Part shown: positions 10,061-18,854 of the stretch, one piece after another | Position numbering within the stretch: position 1 is the stretch's first letter | Layout of the letters: each line of letters starts with the position of its first letter | DNA from: Paraspadella gotoi | Lineage: Eukaryota > Animalia > Chaetognatha | Length of the DNA stretch: 18,854 nucleotides | NCBI GenBank assembly: GCA_051294375.1 | Contig: CM119271.1 | Span: 3,994,445 to 4,013,298 of the forward strand | Reading direction: 5' to 3' | The notes under the pieces: model-generated | What the model saw: the letters and a program-made list of their open reading frames with translations, nothing else | Database searches by the model: none | Told to the model about the DNA's origin: nothing | Translations under genes and position numbers: made by a program

Positions 10061-10290
10061 TTTATTAGTTGCGCCGCGAGTACTCACTTTTCGGTCGGTC
10101 GGTCCGTTCGGTATGTCTGTTCCGTCGGCTGTCCACTAATATAAAACGCTTAAACTTTTTTATAGTTTGTTGCTCATTTGTTAAAAAATCAAATCTAAGC
10201 GACTCTGGTACCGCCTTTGTTTTAAAAGAAAAGATAAGTAAAAAGAAAAGCAATGCGGCCGCAATACTTGGAATAACCGTTCCTTGTTTT
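10061..10290 (+). mobile_element. DINE-1/HINE-like non-autonomous Helentron, short internally deleted copy A
   Basis: Starts ttagttgcgccgcga (10065-10079, exact reverse complement of 15301-15315), then a (GGTC/GTCC)-type microsatellite and tgctcatttgttaa...aaatctaag shared with copy C. Ends tgcggccgcaatacttggaataaccgttccttgtttt, like the 3' end of copy C. Confidence 0.7.
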
Positions 10291-10427
10291 TTCCAAAAAA
10301 AAATTCTCGGAGGAATTTCCGCTCAATGGGGAGTGTGGTATGAGAGCTTTCGAGATGAATCCTACTCGCTGTCGGTTCCTCGAACCACTTGGCTCATAAT
10401 CTTATTTCTTTTCCCTCATTGTACAAG

Positions 10428-10890
10428 GGCAACACAAAAGCTCTGTATGGATCATTGTCACGTTTGTCGAGAGAAGAACGTGGCTCTTGCGCCAAGGATT
10501 CTATCAGTAAGTAATAATAATATATATATATATCGTTAGTTAATATGTTTAATTTTCTAGTTGATCTTTTTTTAAAAAAAACAGGAGAAACGCGGTAAAC
10601 CGTGACCGGTCAAGTACGGAACGAGACGTTTCGAGGCCCCCATTGAGATACGAAATTATTCGCCAGCTCGTTTTGGAAAATGAAAAGTTTTTTAAAAACG
10701 GTTTGCCTTTGTTTCTGTGTGGTAAAACGGATAAGTTAAGCTGTGACTTGCGTAATGTATCACAGTGTAGACTAGTTACCGAGTTACTAGTGAGCTTCGA
10801 ATTTCATTTTTCGTTTAATTATAATTTATAGGTGCTTTCTCGCGTCATCATCTCGCTCCAAGAACGAAGCAGAATTCTCACGTGAAAGAG
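10428..10890 (+). pseudogene. Spliced gene fragment of unknown identity (exons 10428-10506, 10585-10700, 10832 onward), truncated by element copy B
   Basis: Phase-compatible junctions TAT CA|gtaagt...aaacag|G AGA and AAC G|gtttgc...ttatag|GT. Reads QHKSSVWIIVTFVERRTWLLRQGFYQRNAVNRDRSSTERDVSRPPLRYEIIRQLVLENEKFFKNG. No recognisable motif. Confidence 0.3.
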
Positions 10891-11330
10891 TTTTCGAGTA
10901 CTCGCGGAGCAACTCATAAGTTCTTTTCGATCAGTCTTTCCCATCACATCAAAAGTGTACATAATTTGCTTATAGTTGTTCATTAGTATTATTATTATTA
11001 TTCATTAATATAAGAAAAAACTTAAATTTAAAGGGATTGCTAGCGCCGCCTTCAGGAATCTTTAAAAGTATAAAGATAAAAGATAAAATTGATGAGCCAG
11101 TGTGACAGGCAGAAAGTTATTGTAGGTCATGTAGTCATATTATGTCGCGTCATGTCATATCATGTCACGAAAACCTACATCTAGCGACTACTAGCCACTA
11201 TTGTTTTTAAAAAAATTCCTAAAGAATAAAAGACGAATTTCGATGCAGCGCTGGTTAAATGTTTATTAGTAGTCACATATCACCCGGAAATACACGGCCC
11301 CCTTATTAAATATTACCGTTCTTTTGTTTT
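10890..11330 (+). mobile_element. DINE-1/HINE-like element, diverged copy B with internal duplication
   Basis: 10934-11170 aligns to the reverse complement of ~15005-15230 (cataatttgct, aaggga..cgccttcagga, agaaagttattgtag, catgtca repeats). 11223-11250 matches the reverse complement of 15090-15117 nearly exactly. Ends accgttcttttgtttt. Confidence 0.65.
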
Positions 11331-11949
11331 TTGAATATACGATGGAATTTTAGTCGATGTTTCGCTTGCTAAAAAATGATTTCTCCCAGTTTTGTTACAT
11401 TCGTTATTCCGTAATTCAGTAAACAGGCGTATTTTTTGTGATCTACTATTACCAGGTTAAGAAATGCTAGAAGTATTTGGAGGATGCAGAAATTTTTTTT
11501 AGAAGAAAAAAAATTTCTGAAAGTTTTATTTTTTCTTTGTACAAGAAATAATATTAAGAATATTCGGCCGGTATAAGTATATATCGAAAAACCTCTGCTT
11601 TTTAAGGCAAAATCAGTCATGGATATAGATCCCAAACTTTTCAGAATCGAATCGAAGCCTAAAACTACTAATGAGAAAAAGTATCTTCAAGACTGAAACC
11701 ACTGCGACGCATAACTAAAAGAACCAATACTGCTTACTTCGTTATTTACTCGTCTGAAACCCCAACTTGGTCTCCCCCTGGTGTCGTGGTATTCAGGAAA
11801 TTGAACGGAAATTAGAGAGAGGAGACACGCAAACTCGATGCGCTTTTTTTGTTGGGTTTCTTAAATCAGTCAGTCATGGCGTCGCATCGCGAGTTTCTAA
11901 TTAGAGGCAAATCCTGTTTGGTTCCCTTTGTGCATTTGATTTAAGGAGG

Positions 11950-11955
11950 AGAGAG

Positions 11956-11987
<32 letters not shown>
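11950..11987. repeat. (GA)n microsatellite
   Basis: Direct reading of the GA run. Confidence 0.9.
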
Positions 11988-11989
<2 letters not shown>

Positions 11990-12519
11990 AACAAATCGAT
12001 TCGAATTAAACTATGATTATTGCGCCGCGCGGCTCGCACTAATGAGTTTTCGTTTCGTCTAGAATTAATGTTAAAAATAAAAAAAAAAGTTTTAGACTTA
12101 GGCTAAACCCAAAGGTTTAAAAATAATTAATCCAGTTTGAGATGTATAAAAAACTTTTGCCAGCGAAGTTTTTTTTTTTTTAATCATTTACCGTTTCTTA
12201 TGAAGTTAATAGTGAATGGGATGCAGCTGGGAAAAAATGGAGAGAGAAATTAAAGAAAGAAAAAAAAAATCTCCTAAAAATATGGAAAAAGAGTCGAACT
12301 AGGACAGAAAAAGTTAGGGCTAATGAAGTAAGATACTAAAGAGTCTAAGATAAAAGAATGTAAAAAAGCAAAAAGCAAGTAGATCATAAACAATATGACA
12401 CAATCGCGGTCCAAAATAATCTATTCTGGATTAAATATTTTTTTAGCCACATTCTCGGCCCGAAAATGTCGAGATTTTTGTTTCTTTCTTTTTTCTCTTT
12501 TTTCTGGCGTTTTATTTTT

Positions 12520-12799
12520 ATCCGACGACGCCGGTTGCGACAAGCGCCCGACGACGACAAGGACGACCGCGCGACTCCGACTTCACTACCCGCCGACGCC
12601 GACGCCGACCGCCGACGCCGACTCCCCTAGCGACCTCTGCCGTGGCTTGATCCCTCTATCCGTGTCCGGCCGCCGACCAAGCAGTCTTTGCAACTACGAC
12701 CTCGATCAAACGCTACTGCTTGGTTTGGAAGAAGAACGCCACTCTCACGAAAATGTGCCATCTCCTAGCTAGTGCTACCAGAAATGCCATATGGAAGGC
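12520..12799 (+). pseudogene. Exon fragment: Pro/Thr-rich linker plus N-terminal half of a three-finger-like Cys domain, disrupted
   Basis: PPTPTP...ATTTSIKRYCLVWKKNATLTKMC / SPS*CYQKCHMEG, then gtgaga donor at 12800. Same linker-then-xxC-x12-C-x5-CY layout as domain 2 of the 13443-15510 pseudogene. Contains a frameshift and in-frame stops. Confidence 0.4.
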
Positions 12800-12801
<2 letters not shown>

Positions 12802-12845
<44 letters not shown>

Positions 12846-12860
12846 AGAGGAGAGAGAGAG
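12802..12860. repeat. (GA)n microsatellite
   Basis: Direct reading of the GA run. Confidence 0.9.
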
Positions 12861-13684
12861 AATGTAGATTTGGAGCTGAAATCGGTGTTGATTTTATTGA
12901 TTGGAAGACCTTGGAAGACCTTCAAGCGCGAGTATGAGGACCTGCTCGCTTCCGAATTTCTGTGATTGAACGCATTCCCTTTTTGCCCTCCTGATCTTTT
13001 TTACTTTTCTAAATTGTTTGTTCTCTTCGATTAGTTTCATCGTCTGAATTTTTGCAACCGTTTCCTCATTTCTCTTTCAGGAAAAAAGATTGATTTTGAA
13101 ATATGACTTTAATCGTTTAATATACGCCCCAAAGCAATGATAATAAAAAAAACCTAAAAACTATAGTTTTTTGTGAACTCTGCATGAAACTAATAAAATT
13201 AATATGAGAACTAGAGTACTTCCATCCAATTCACGATTCTATGATTAACAATTTTTATCCATAGACGATTAATAAATATTAAGTTAAGAAAGTAGAGGAA
13301 AGAAGAGAAAGGGAAATAAAAAAAAAAGAACAGCTGAACGAAGAAGAAACTAAATAAATAAAAGGACGTTTCCGTATTCGTTATGCCTTTTTTTGGATCA
13401 CTGTATATATTGTAAAGCTGCATACATTTTATATAATGCGGAATGAGAATCATCATTATGTTTTCCTGGACTTGTCTTCACCTCAGGGATCCTGCCTTTG
13501 CCTGCCTGCTGCGAAATGATGACGGACGTGTCACCAAACACGACGTGATGTTTATCAAAAAAAATATTTTCTCAGACTCGAGCTTCTCTCATGTTTGTTT
13601 GTTGATTATGTTTGTAATTGTTTGTATGTTTGTTTGTATCCATTTCATTAATAAGGGGTGAGAAGTTAAAAAAAGATGAGATCA

Positions 13685-13770
13685 AAATAGTACAACCAAT
13701 TATTAAAATTATCCATTAATTTAAAAACTAAGCTATTCGCCCCTGACTTTAGACAGCTTCGATGGTTCAA
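13685..13770 (+). repeat. Diverged core-only third copy of the unclassified dispersed element
   Basis: gtacaaccaattattaaaattatccattaatttaaaaactaagctattcgcccctgactttagacagcttcgatggtt aligns to 5775-5858. Lies in intron 1 of the three-finger pseudogene. Confidence 0.75.
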
Positions 13771-14945
13771 TAATTTGATAATTTAAGAATTCTCGTTACT
13801 CAGGTTTTGCGAAAACTCTTGGACAATAGTTTTGATGAACGAACAGAATTTCGATTGCCGCAAGATCATTGAGCCGAAGACGATGACGTCGACGACCCGC
13901 AGGCTCAGTGCTACATTCGCAAAAGCACGTGAGAAGTCGATGCCCTTTTGTTTTAGTTGAGTTCGCTTCCGCGCCGGCCGCCGTAGAAAGTTTGAAAATA
14001 CGTAATAAAAAAAAAACAAAAAGGCAGCGGCATTTATTTATTTTTTACCTCTTTAATTTACCAAGATTGGAACGACGAGGTTAGGTTCTTTCGCGGCGTA
14101 ACTTACCCGGGATTCCCCAACTGCAGCGAGGTGTCTTTTTGCTGTTGCGGCATCGATCGCTGCAACAAAGACCTGGAGCTTTGTCCTCCGACTCGTGGGT
14201 GGAGGCGATTGCGGCCGATGTTGCCTCCACCACCACCGCTTCCCGAACTCACAGCCTCTACCACCACCACCTCTCCACCGTCTCTCGAGTGCTTCGTCCA
14301 CGAATCCTCCCGGAAGCCGTCAAAAGAATATTGCGCGGGAATAAAAAAGTTCCTTCCGCTTTGGTTACTATAAGAAAACCAAGTAAGAAGGATGAATTGC
14401 GTTGATATATTGCAAAATTTAATATAAGAGTCATTTTATTATTTCATTATATTATATTTTGCTTCGATACTATTTTTTTTTTTGGCTGAGTATTCCATTT
14501 GATAAAATAAATACTTGTCTTTTGTTCCTCTGACATGGCGAGATAAGATATTTTCACGTTATTTGACATAGTAAAAACGTTGCATAGTTTATATCCAGAC
14601 TCTCTCGGTTTAGTTTATTCACTCCAGATTTTTCTAACCTTTTTTCATTAAATGGGATATTACTAGTTTTCGCTGTTATCATAGTTTAATTTAATTGTTA
14701 TTATATAAAGATTTTAATCAAAGGTACGGCGTCGCCGCTGGCTGCACCAACACAGACAGAATTTGCAAGGGAGAATGAATCGTTGCTGTTTTTTGGCGAC
14801 GATTGCAATCTGAGTTGGGAAAACTGTAAAGAATACAAGGTTAGTGAAGCTGATGATGACACTTTTCACGTTAGCTAGATATTCAGTATTTCGTCTAAAA
14901 GTTTAGTAAGTTTTTCAACAGCTCTGAGTATCTTCATTATACAGT

Positions 14946-15320
14946 AACAGATCGGTTCATCCAATGTGTTGCGCCGCAGTGACTTTATTTCCACGTGTAT
15001 ATTATCGTGACATAAAATGACATGACATGAGGCGACATGGCCTGGCTTCAAGACTACAATAACTTTCTTAGCCTAGTTTTTATGACACACGCTGCATCGA
15101 ATTCCGTCTTTTATTCTGATAGATTTTAGATTTCCTGAAGGCGCGCTTGTAGTCCCTTAGATTTGACTTTTTTTTTCTGTCTTAACAAATGAGCAAATTA
15201 TGTGCATTTTTAACGTTAGTGGGATTGACGGACAGACGACGACCGGTTGATAGCAGTTGACACAGACACAGTGGACACAGAAGTGACACAGCGACTATCG
15301 TCGCGGCGCAACTAAAAACA
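14946..15320 (-). mobile_element. DINE-1/HINE-like non-autonomous Helentron, full-length copy C
   Basis: On the minus strand: T-rich start, 10-bp subterminal inverted repeats gttgcgccgc (14968-14977) and gcggcgcaac (15303-15312), a GTC/GTCC-type simple repeat near the 5' end, a short 3' hairpin attgg-atgaa-ccgat and then ctgtt. Inserted in the last intron of the pseudogene. Confidence 0.7.
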
Positions 15321-16169
15321 AGTTTCGGGTTCATTTGTGACATCGAGAAAGTGTTTTCTCCTCTCTCTCTCTCATTGATTTTGATGAAAGTACGTGCCGG
15401 CTACGAGAAAGACCGGCAACCCGAAATGGCGTCAGTTAAACCGGCGTCGTTTGAACCTAGGACGTCGACGGCGCCGGGAATCTTCCATGCGGCGTTGCTA
15501 TCGACGCTAATGTTTGAAAAGAGGCCTTTTTAATTATTGGCGGCGCTGTGTTGATCACTCGAAGATATTAATTTACAGGCGTCAATTCTCCCAAGGTTTC
15601 ATATCTTTTTTTTTGTAAATTGGTCACATATTTTTTTAAATTAAAATGAAGAATTTTAAAAAAAACTTTTTTCCGCCAAAGGTATACATTCCAAGCGGAC
15701 AAATCAGTAATTTTAGCTAGACTGATGTAACCCGTAGATGCTATCTACTCTGACTACCGAGACGTGTCATATTCGAAAATAATTCAATTACCGAGTATTT
15801 TTAAATAATATTATATATTTTATTTCAATATGAGGTATAAACGTGCGAAGAATAACTTTGTCGTGGAAAGTATTTTTAAAAAAAATTAAACGAAGGAAAA
15901 ATATTTAAAGACTACGAGTTTAATCATAAGAGTGTTTAAAAAAAAAAAACAACTTATGGAACCATTAGAAAAAATAAATATTATTTTTTATTGCGCGGCG
16001 TGGGGCTCGATTCATTAATTCGACTTCAAAATCGAAACGAAAAGCTTAAAAACTTGCAATCGAAAGACGATCTATTTCCGGGGGCGGGGACTTGGGGACC
16101 GGGCTAATTTAGCGATAAGTCTGAGCCGATTTCAAAGTATAAAAAAAAAAATAATATTTAAGATATTAT

Positions 16170-16525
16170 ATATGCCAAGCTCCTCGCGGAGGAGATTTCT
16201 TTCGTAGTCGCGGTCAATGACCCTTTACTTGATTGTCCCGTCTGTCTCTCTGTTCAGTTATGTCATTGCGAAAAAGCTGTTTCCGCCGGCATCTTGTTAA
16301 AAAATTAAGACCCAGATGAGAAAAAGGGATGATTATTAAAATAAATAAAAAATATTAACAAAAACCACAATATGACACAATATTTTTAGTCATATTTATC
16401 GATAATTTTTTTTCCCTCCGGCGGGCACTCTAACATGGACATGACTTCTTTGCACAATGTCGGGACGATCCCTGGAACAATCTCGTCAACAGCATGTTGG
16501 CGTAATCCTGTATCCGCGTGCATTC
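16170..16525 (-). pseudogene. Two decayed exon-like islands of unknown identity
   Basis: attattttcag acceptor before 16525, reading MHADTGLRQHAVDEIVPGIVPTLCKEVMSMLECPPE. A ttttaacaag acceptor lies before 16292, with a later RVIDRDYERNLLREELG. There is no GT donor at the GC boundary and the second island has stops in all frames. Confidence 0.25.
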
Positions 16526-16687
16526 CTGAAAATAATGGATTATTTGTTTGTTTTATATTTCGTTATGAAAATTGCATATTGTACATTGATAATCATTAAA
16601 TTAAGATTATTCATCCAATAATTTTTATAATCTTCGTGAAATACATCTGTTATTATTTTTAAATAAGTCTATAATTTTTAAATTTTG

Positions 16688-17157
16688 GATGGAGGCCATA
16701 AACCACCAAAGCCTGTCCAAAGTCAGGGCAAGATAGCTTATTTATTAAATGAATGGATAATTTTTATATTGGTAGTACCAATTTCATTAACAGTATGTAA
16801 AACTTGAATAACGATAGTAATTTATACCGTCCCTTGGAATTTTGCAGTAAAATTTCTCTACGTCCAAATTATGATAACATCCGTCCTTCAATCTTGTCCT
16901 TTATTGGCGTCACTTTCCTGAGACTCACTGTACCTCACTCGCCCCTTACCTTCTCTCTCTGCTTTGAGTTCCCAGGAGCAGCTTGTCCCGCGGTTCCGAT
17001 CTCAGTGCTCTATACTTCTAGGGGCCGTTGGGGTGCGCCAGAGCCTGCGTGGAAGGGTTTTGGCGTCCCGATTAGACTCCGATCAGTCCGTGGGGAGATT
17101 GCGAAAAGAACTTGTGTATCGTGAAGTGTCTTTTCTCGGAAATGGTAGGAGTGAATG
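16688..17157 (-). mobile_element. Unclassified dispersed element, copy 2: core-end fragment (17157-17145), variable region, then conserved core (16793-16688)
   Basis: The core is the reverse complement of 5766-5871. The distal end gtaggagtgaatg (17145-17157) matches the reverse complement of the copy 1 core end (gtaagagtgatg). AT-rich DNA flanks both ends. Confidence 0.65.
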
Positions 17158-17631
17158 ACTCGTGTTAATTCTATTTATCATTTAATTGTTTTTTTTAAGT
17201 CATTCAATCCGTTCTGACTCTTTCTTGTGGCAGTGGGGCGTCCTCTCTATTTACAATACGAAAGCGTAAGCGGAACTTGACATGCACTTTAACACGATTT
17301 CAAAATTAAATTATCACATAACTCTTTTTAACGCACGGGACTCATGCTACGACCATAAAGCACTACTAAATTTCGTCGAAAAAAAATCGCTAAGTAATAT
17401 TTTTAACAAAAAATTAAATTTTCACAGTCCTACTTTTTTAAAAATTATTTTATTTGTTCTAGAAGAGCCCTAAAACATTCCCCAGCTCAGCTGGCGACAG
17501 TTGTAACCTCATTAGAATTTTTGAACCACGTGTTATACTAAATAATTATAATTACACACCACCACGAAAAAGAGAGGATTAATTGCCATGGATAATACAC
17601 GAAACTTTCACTAGTTAATTCTAACTTATTA

Positions 17632-17741
17632 CTAATATAAATTTAAAGTGTGTTCGCCATTACTTGGCCGATCTTGATCATCATCATCTTCAACTTTGTA
17701 ACAGTCTTCTGTTGACTTTGGAGATTCAACAGGAGTCAACC
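17632..17741 (-). CDS. Gene B terminal coding exon
   Basis: ttcgttcctcacag acceptor, phase 1 matching the previous exon. Reads (G)LTPVESPKSTEDCYKVEDDDQDRPSNGEHTLNLY* with a TAG stop. Confidence 0.75.
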
Positions 17742-17996
17742 CTGTGAGGAACGAACATTCACGGTTGCGAAAAACGCGCCAAGTAATGAAGGAAGAAACA
17801 GTATTTTCTACTTTCTAGCGCAGTTTTTAGAAATAACTTATTCTTAGTCTTAAAGAAAAAAAATATTTTTGGGCTGGTTTTGAAATAAATATCTAAGATT
17901 TTTTGAAATATTTTTATTTAAATAGATAGTTATGACTTCGGTAAATTTAGGGAATTTATCATCTTTAGGTCAACTACAAGAACGGCAATAACTTAC

Positions 17997-18081
17997 CCAC
18001 AGTTTTGGTGAGTCGCAGATCTAATCCCAATGGTGGAGGCGGGAGAGCGTCCACTCCATAACCCAGCTCGATGCAAGCCAC
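17997..18081 (-). CDS. Gene B penultimate exon
   Basis: attttag acceptor and G|gtaagt donor; 85 nt reading VACIELGYGVDALPPPPLGLDLRLTKTV(G). Confidence 0.85.
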
Positions 18082-18410
18082 CTAAAATTTATATTAATAA
18101 AAATGAAATAATAGTTAAATCTAATGTTTATATAAAATATGTTTTACTAAATTAGACTTTAAAATTTGATATTAAAATTTAAAATAAATGTAAGAATTTA
18201 GTAAATTTTAATAAATTTTAATAATTTTATATTACAATTTTAAATAATGTAAGAATTAATAAATTTCACTATATATTATATTTAATTATATTCTTTATCT
18301 AGAGTATATTCTTTTATAATGTTATATTAAAAAAAAATCTAGTCTAATTACCAAAACTAGTAATTTTGCTATTTATTTCAGAAACAAGAGACATAAAAAA
18401 ACAAACAAAC

Positions 18411-18675
18411 CTTGAGTTGATCCACTAGCGCCCTCAATCGGGACTTTCGGTGCTCGACGTTGCGGATGGCGATGAAGACGCCGGCTCCGCTGCCGAGAGA
18501 GGAAGAGGAGGAGAGGAGCGGGACGGAGGAGGAAGAGGAAGGGGCCGCTTGAAGGAAGGGAAGAGGAAGGGTGTTTCGAATGAGGGGAGGAAGAGGAAGG
18601 AGTACCGGAGAGCCCCTCTCCGTCGCTGCCGATGCGTTTCATGTGGGGAAGGGGGAAGGAAGGGGGTAGTCACGA
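18411..18675 (-). CDS. Gene B exon: Ser/Pro-rich region then an amphipathic segment (5' boundary uncertain, 18675 or 18547); gene continues beyond the window
   Basis: Frame PSSSSSVPLLSSSSSLGSGAGVFIAIRNVEHRKSRLRALVDQLK ends AAG|gtttgt in phase 0 and joins VACIELGY. Candidate acceptors are ccaccacag (before 18675) and cttccttcaag (before 18547). The longer version has an in-frame TGA at 18641-18639. Confidence 0.7.
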
Positions 18676-18854
18676 CTGTGGTGGGGCAGTGGAAGGGGGG
18701 TGATAAGTGAGAGGGGGTGGGGAAAGAAGAATTAGGAATTTGAATTACTTTGTTTTTTTATATTTCTTGAAACATTTTCAAGTTTGAGGCGTTTTAACAA
18801 TTTCGGCTATTTTTAATGATACCTTATATACAATGACAATTCTCTCTCTTTTTT

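Larger units (their letters stand above)
13443..15510 (+). pseudogene. Two-domain Ly6/uPAR (three-finger fold)-like secreted protein gene with multiple frameshifts. Exons ~13443-13544, 13804-14001, 14066-14382, 14724-14839, 15391-15510
   Basis: CCCGIDRCN (14140-14166) and CC(F)GDDCN (14784-14809) match the LU C-terminal CC-x4-CN motif. LECF starts domain 2 after a Pro/Thr linker. Signal-peptide-like start MRIIIMF/GLVFTSGILPLPA. Phase-compatible junctions AC|G TTT TGC, AA|G TAC and AAG|TAC. Frameshifts are needed in exons 1-4, and three inferred acceptors are AAG. Confidence 0.65.

Noticed and set aside
15441-15477. GC-rich hairpin ccggcgtcgt...acggcgccgg as a Helitron end or terminator
   Set aside because: It lies within the inferred Arg-rich last exon, and no CTRR terminus follows it.
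16405-16420. Non-canonical GA donors (G|GAAAAA here and near 9520 on the minus strand)
   Set aside because: Both are in broken relics; all introns of the intact genes are GT-AG, so decay is the simpler explanation.
16755-16785. Sm-site-like AATTTTTA followed by a hairpin (snRNA or spliced-leader RNA)
   Set aside because: Lacks the G after the U run, shows no resemblance to U1-U5 that I can see, and such strings are frequent in this AT-rich DNA.
1-18854. Prokaryotic features: CRISPR array, operons, tRNA or rRNA genes
   Set aside because: No regularly spaced repeat-spacer array, cloverleaf or rRNA-like sequence was seen, and the architecture is spliceosomal eukaryotic.

Overview
Eukaryotic, probably invertebrate metazoan, draft-assembly window: AT-rich introns, GC/CpG-rich exons, GT-AG splicing and five N gaps. 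Left end: the 3' part of a plus-strand gene (exons 17-133, ~707/1056-1150, 1755-1908, 2326-2459, 2861-3052) encoding a transmembrane segment, a Cys-rich juxtamembrane cluster and a C-terminal EF-hand. Right end: the 3' part of a convergent minus-strand gene (exons ~18675/18547-18411, 18081-17997, 17741-17632) of unrecognised identity. The ~14 kb between them has no intact gene that I can support. It holds a frameshifted two-domain Ly6/uPAR (three-finger)-like pseudogene (13443-15510), related Cys-rich fragments, other decayed exon-like islands, three copies of a DINE-1/HINE-like non-autonomous Helentron and GA/CT microsatellites. The most unusual item is a ~440-470 bp family with a conserved ~125 bp core and an unrelated variable remainder, whose two long copies (5764-6205 and 16688-17157) look like different circular permutations of a core+cargo circle. 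All alignments and translations were done by eye; no database searches were run.
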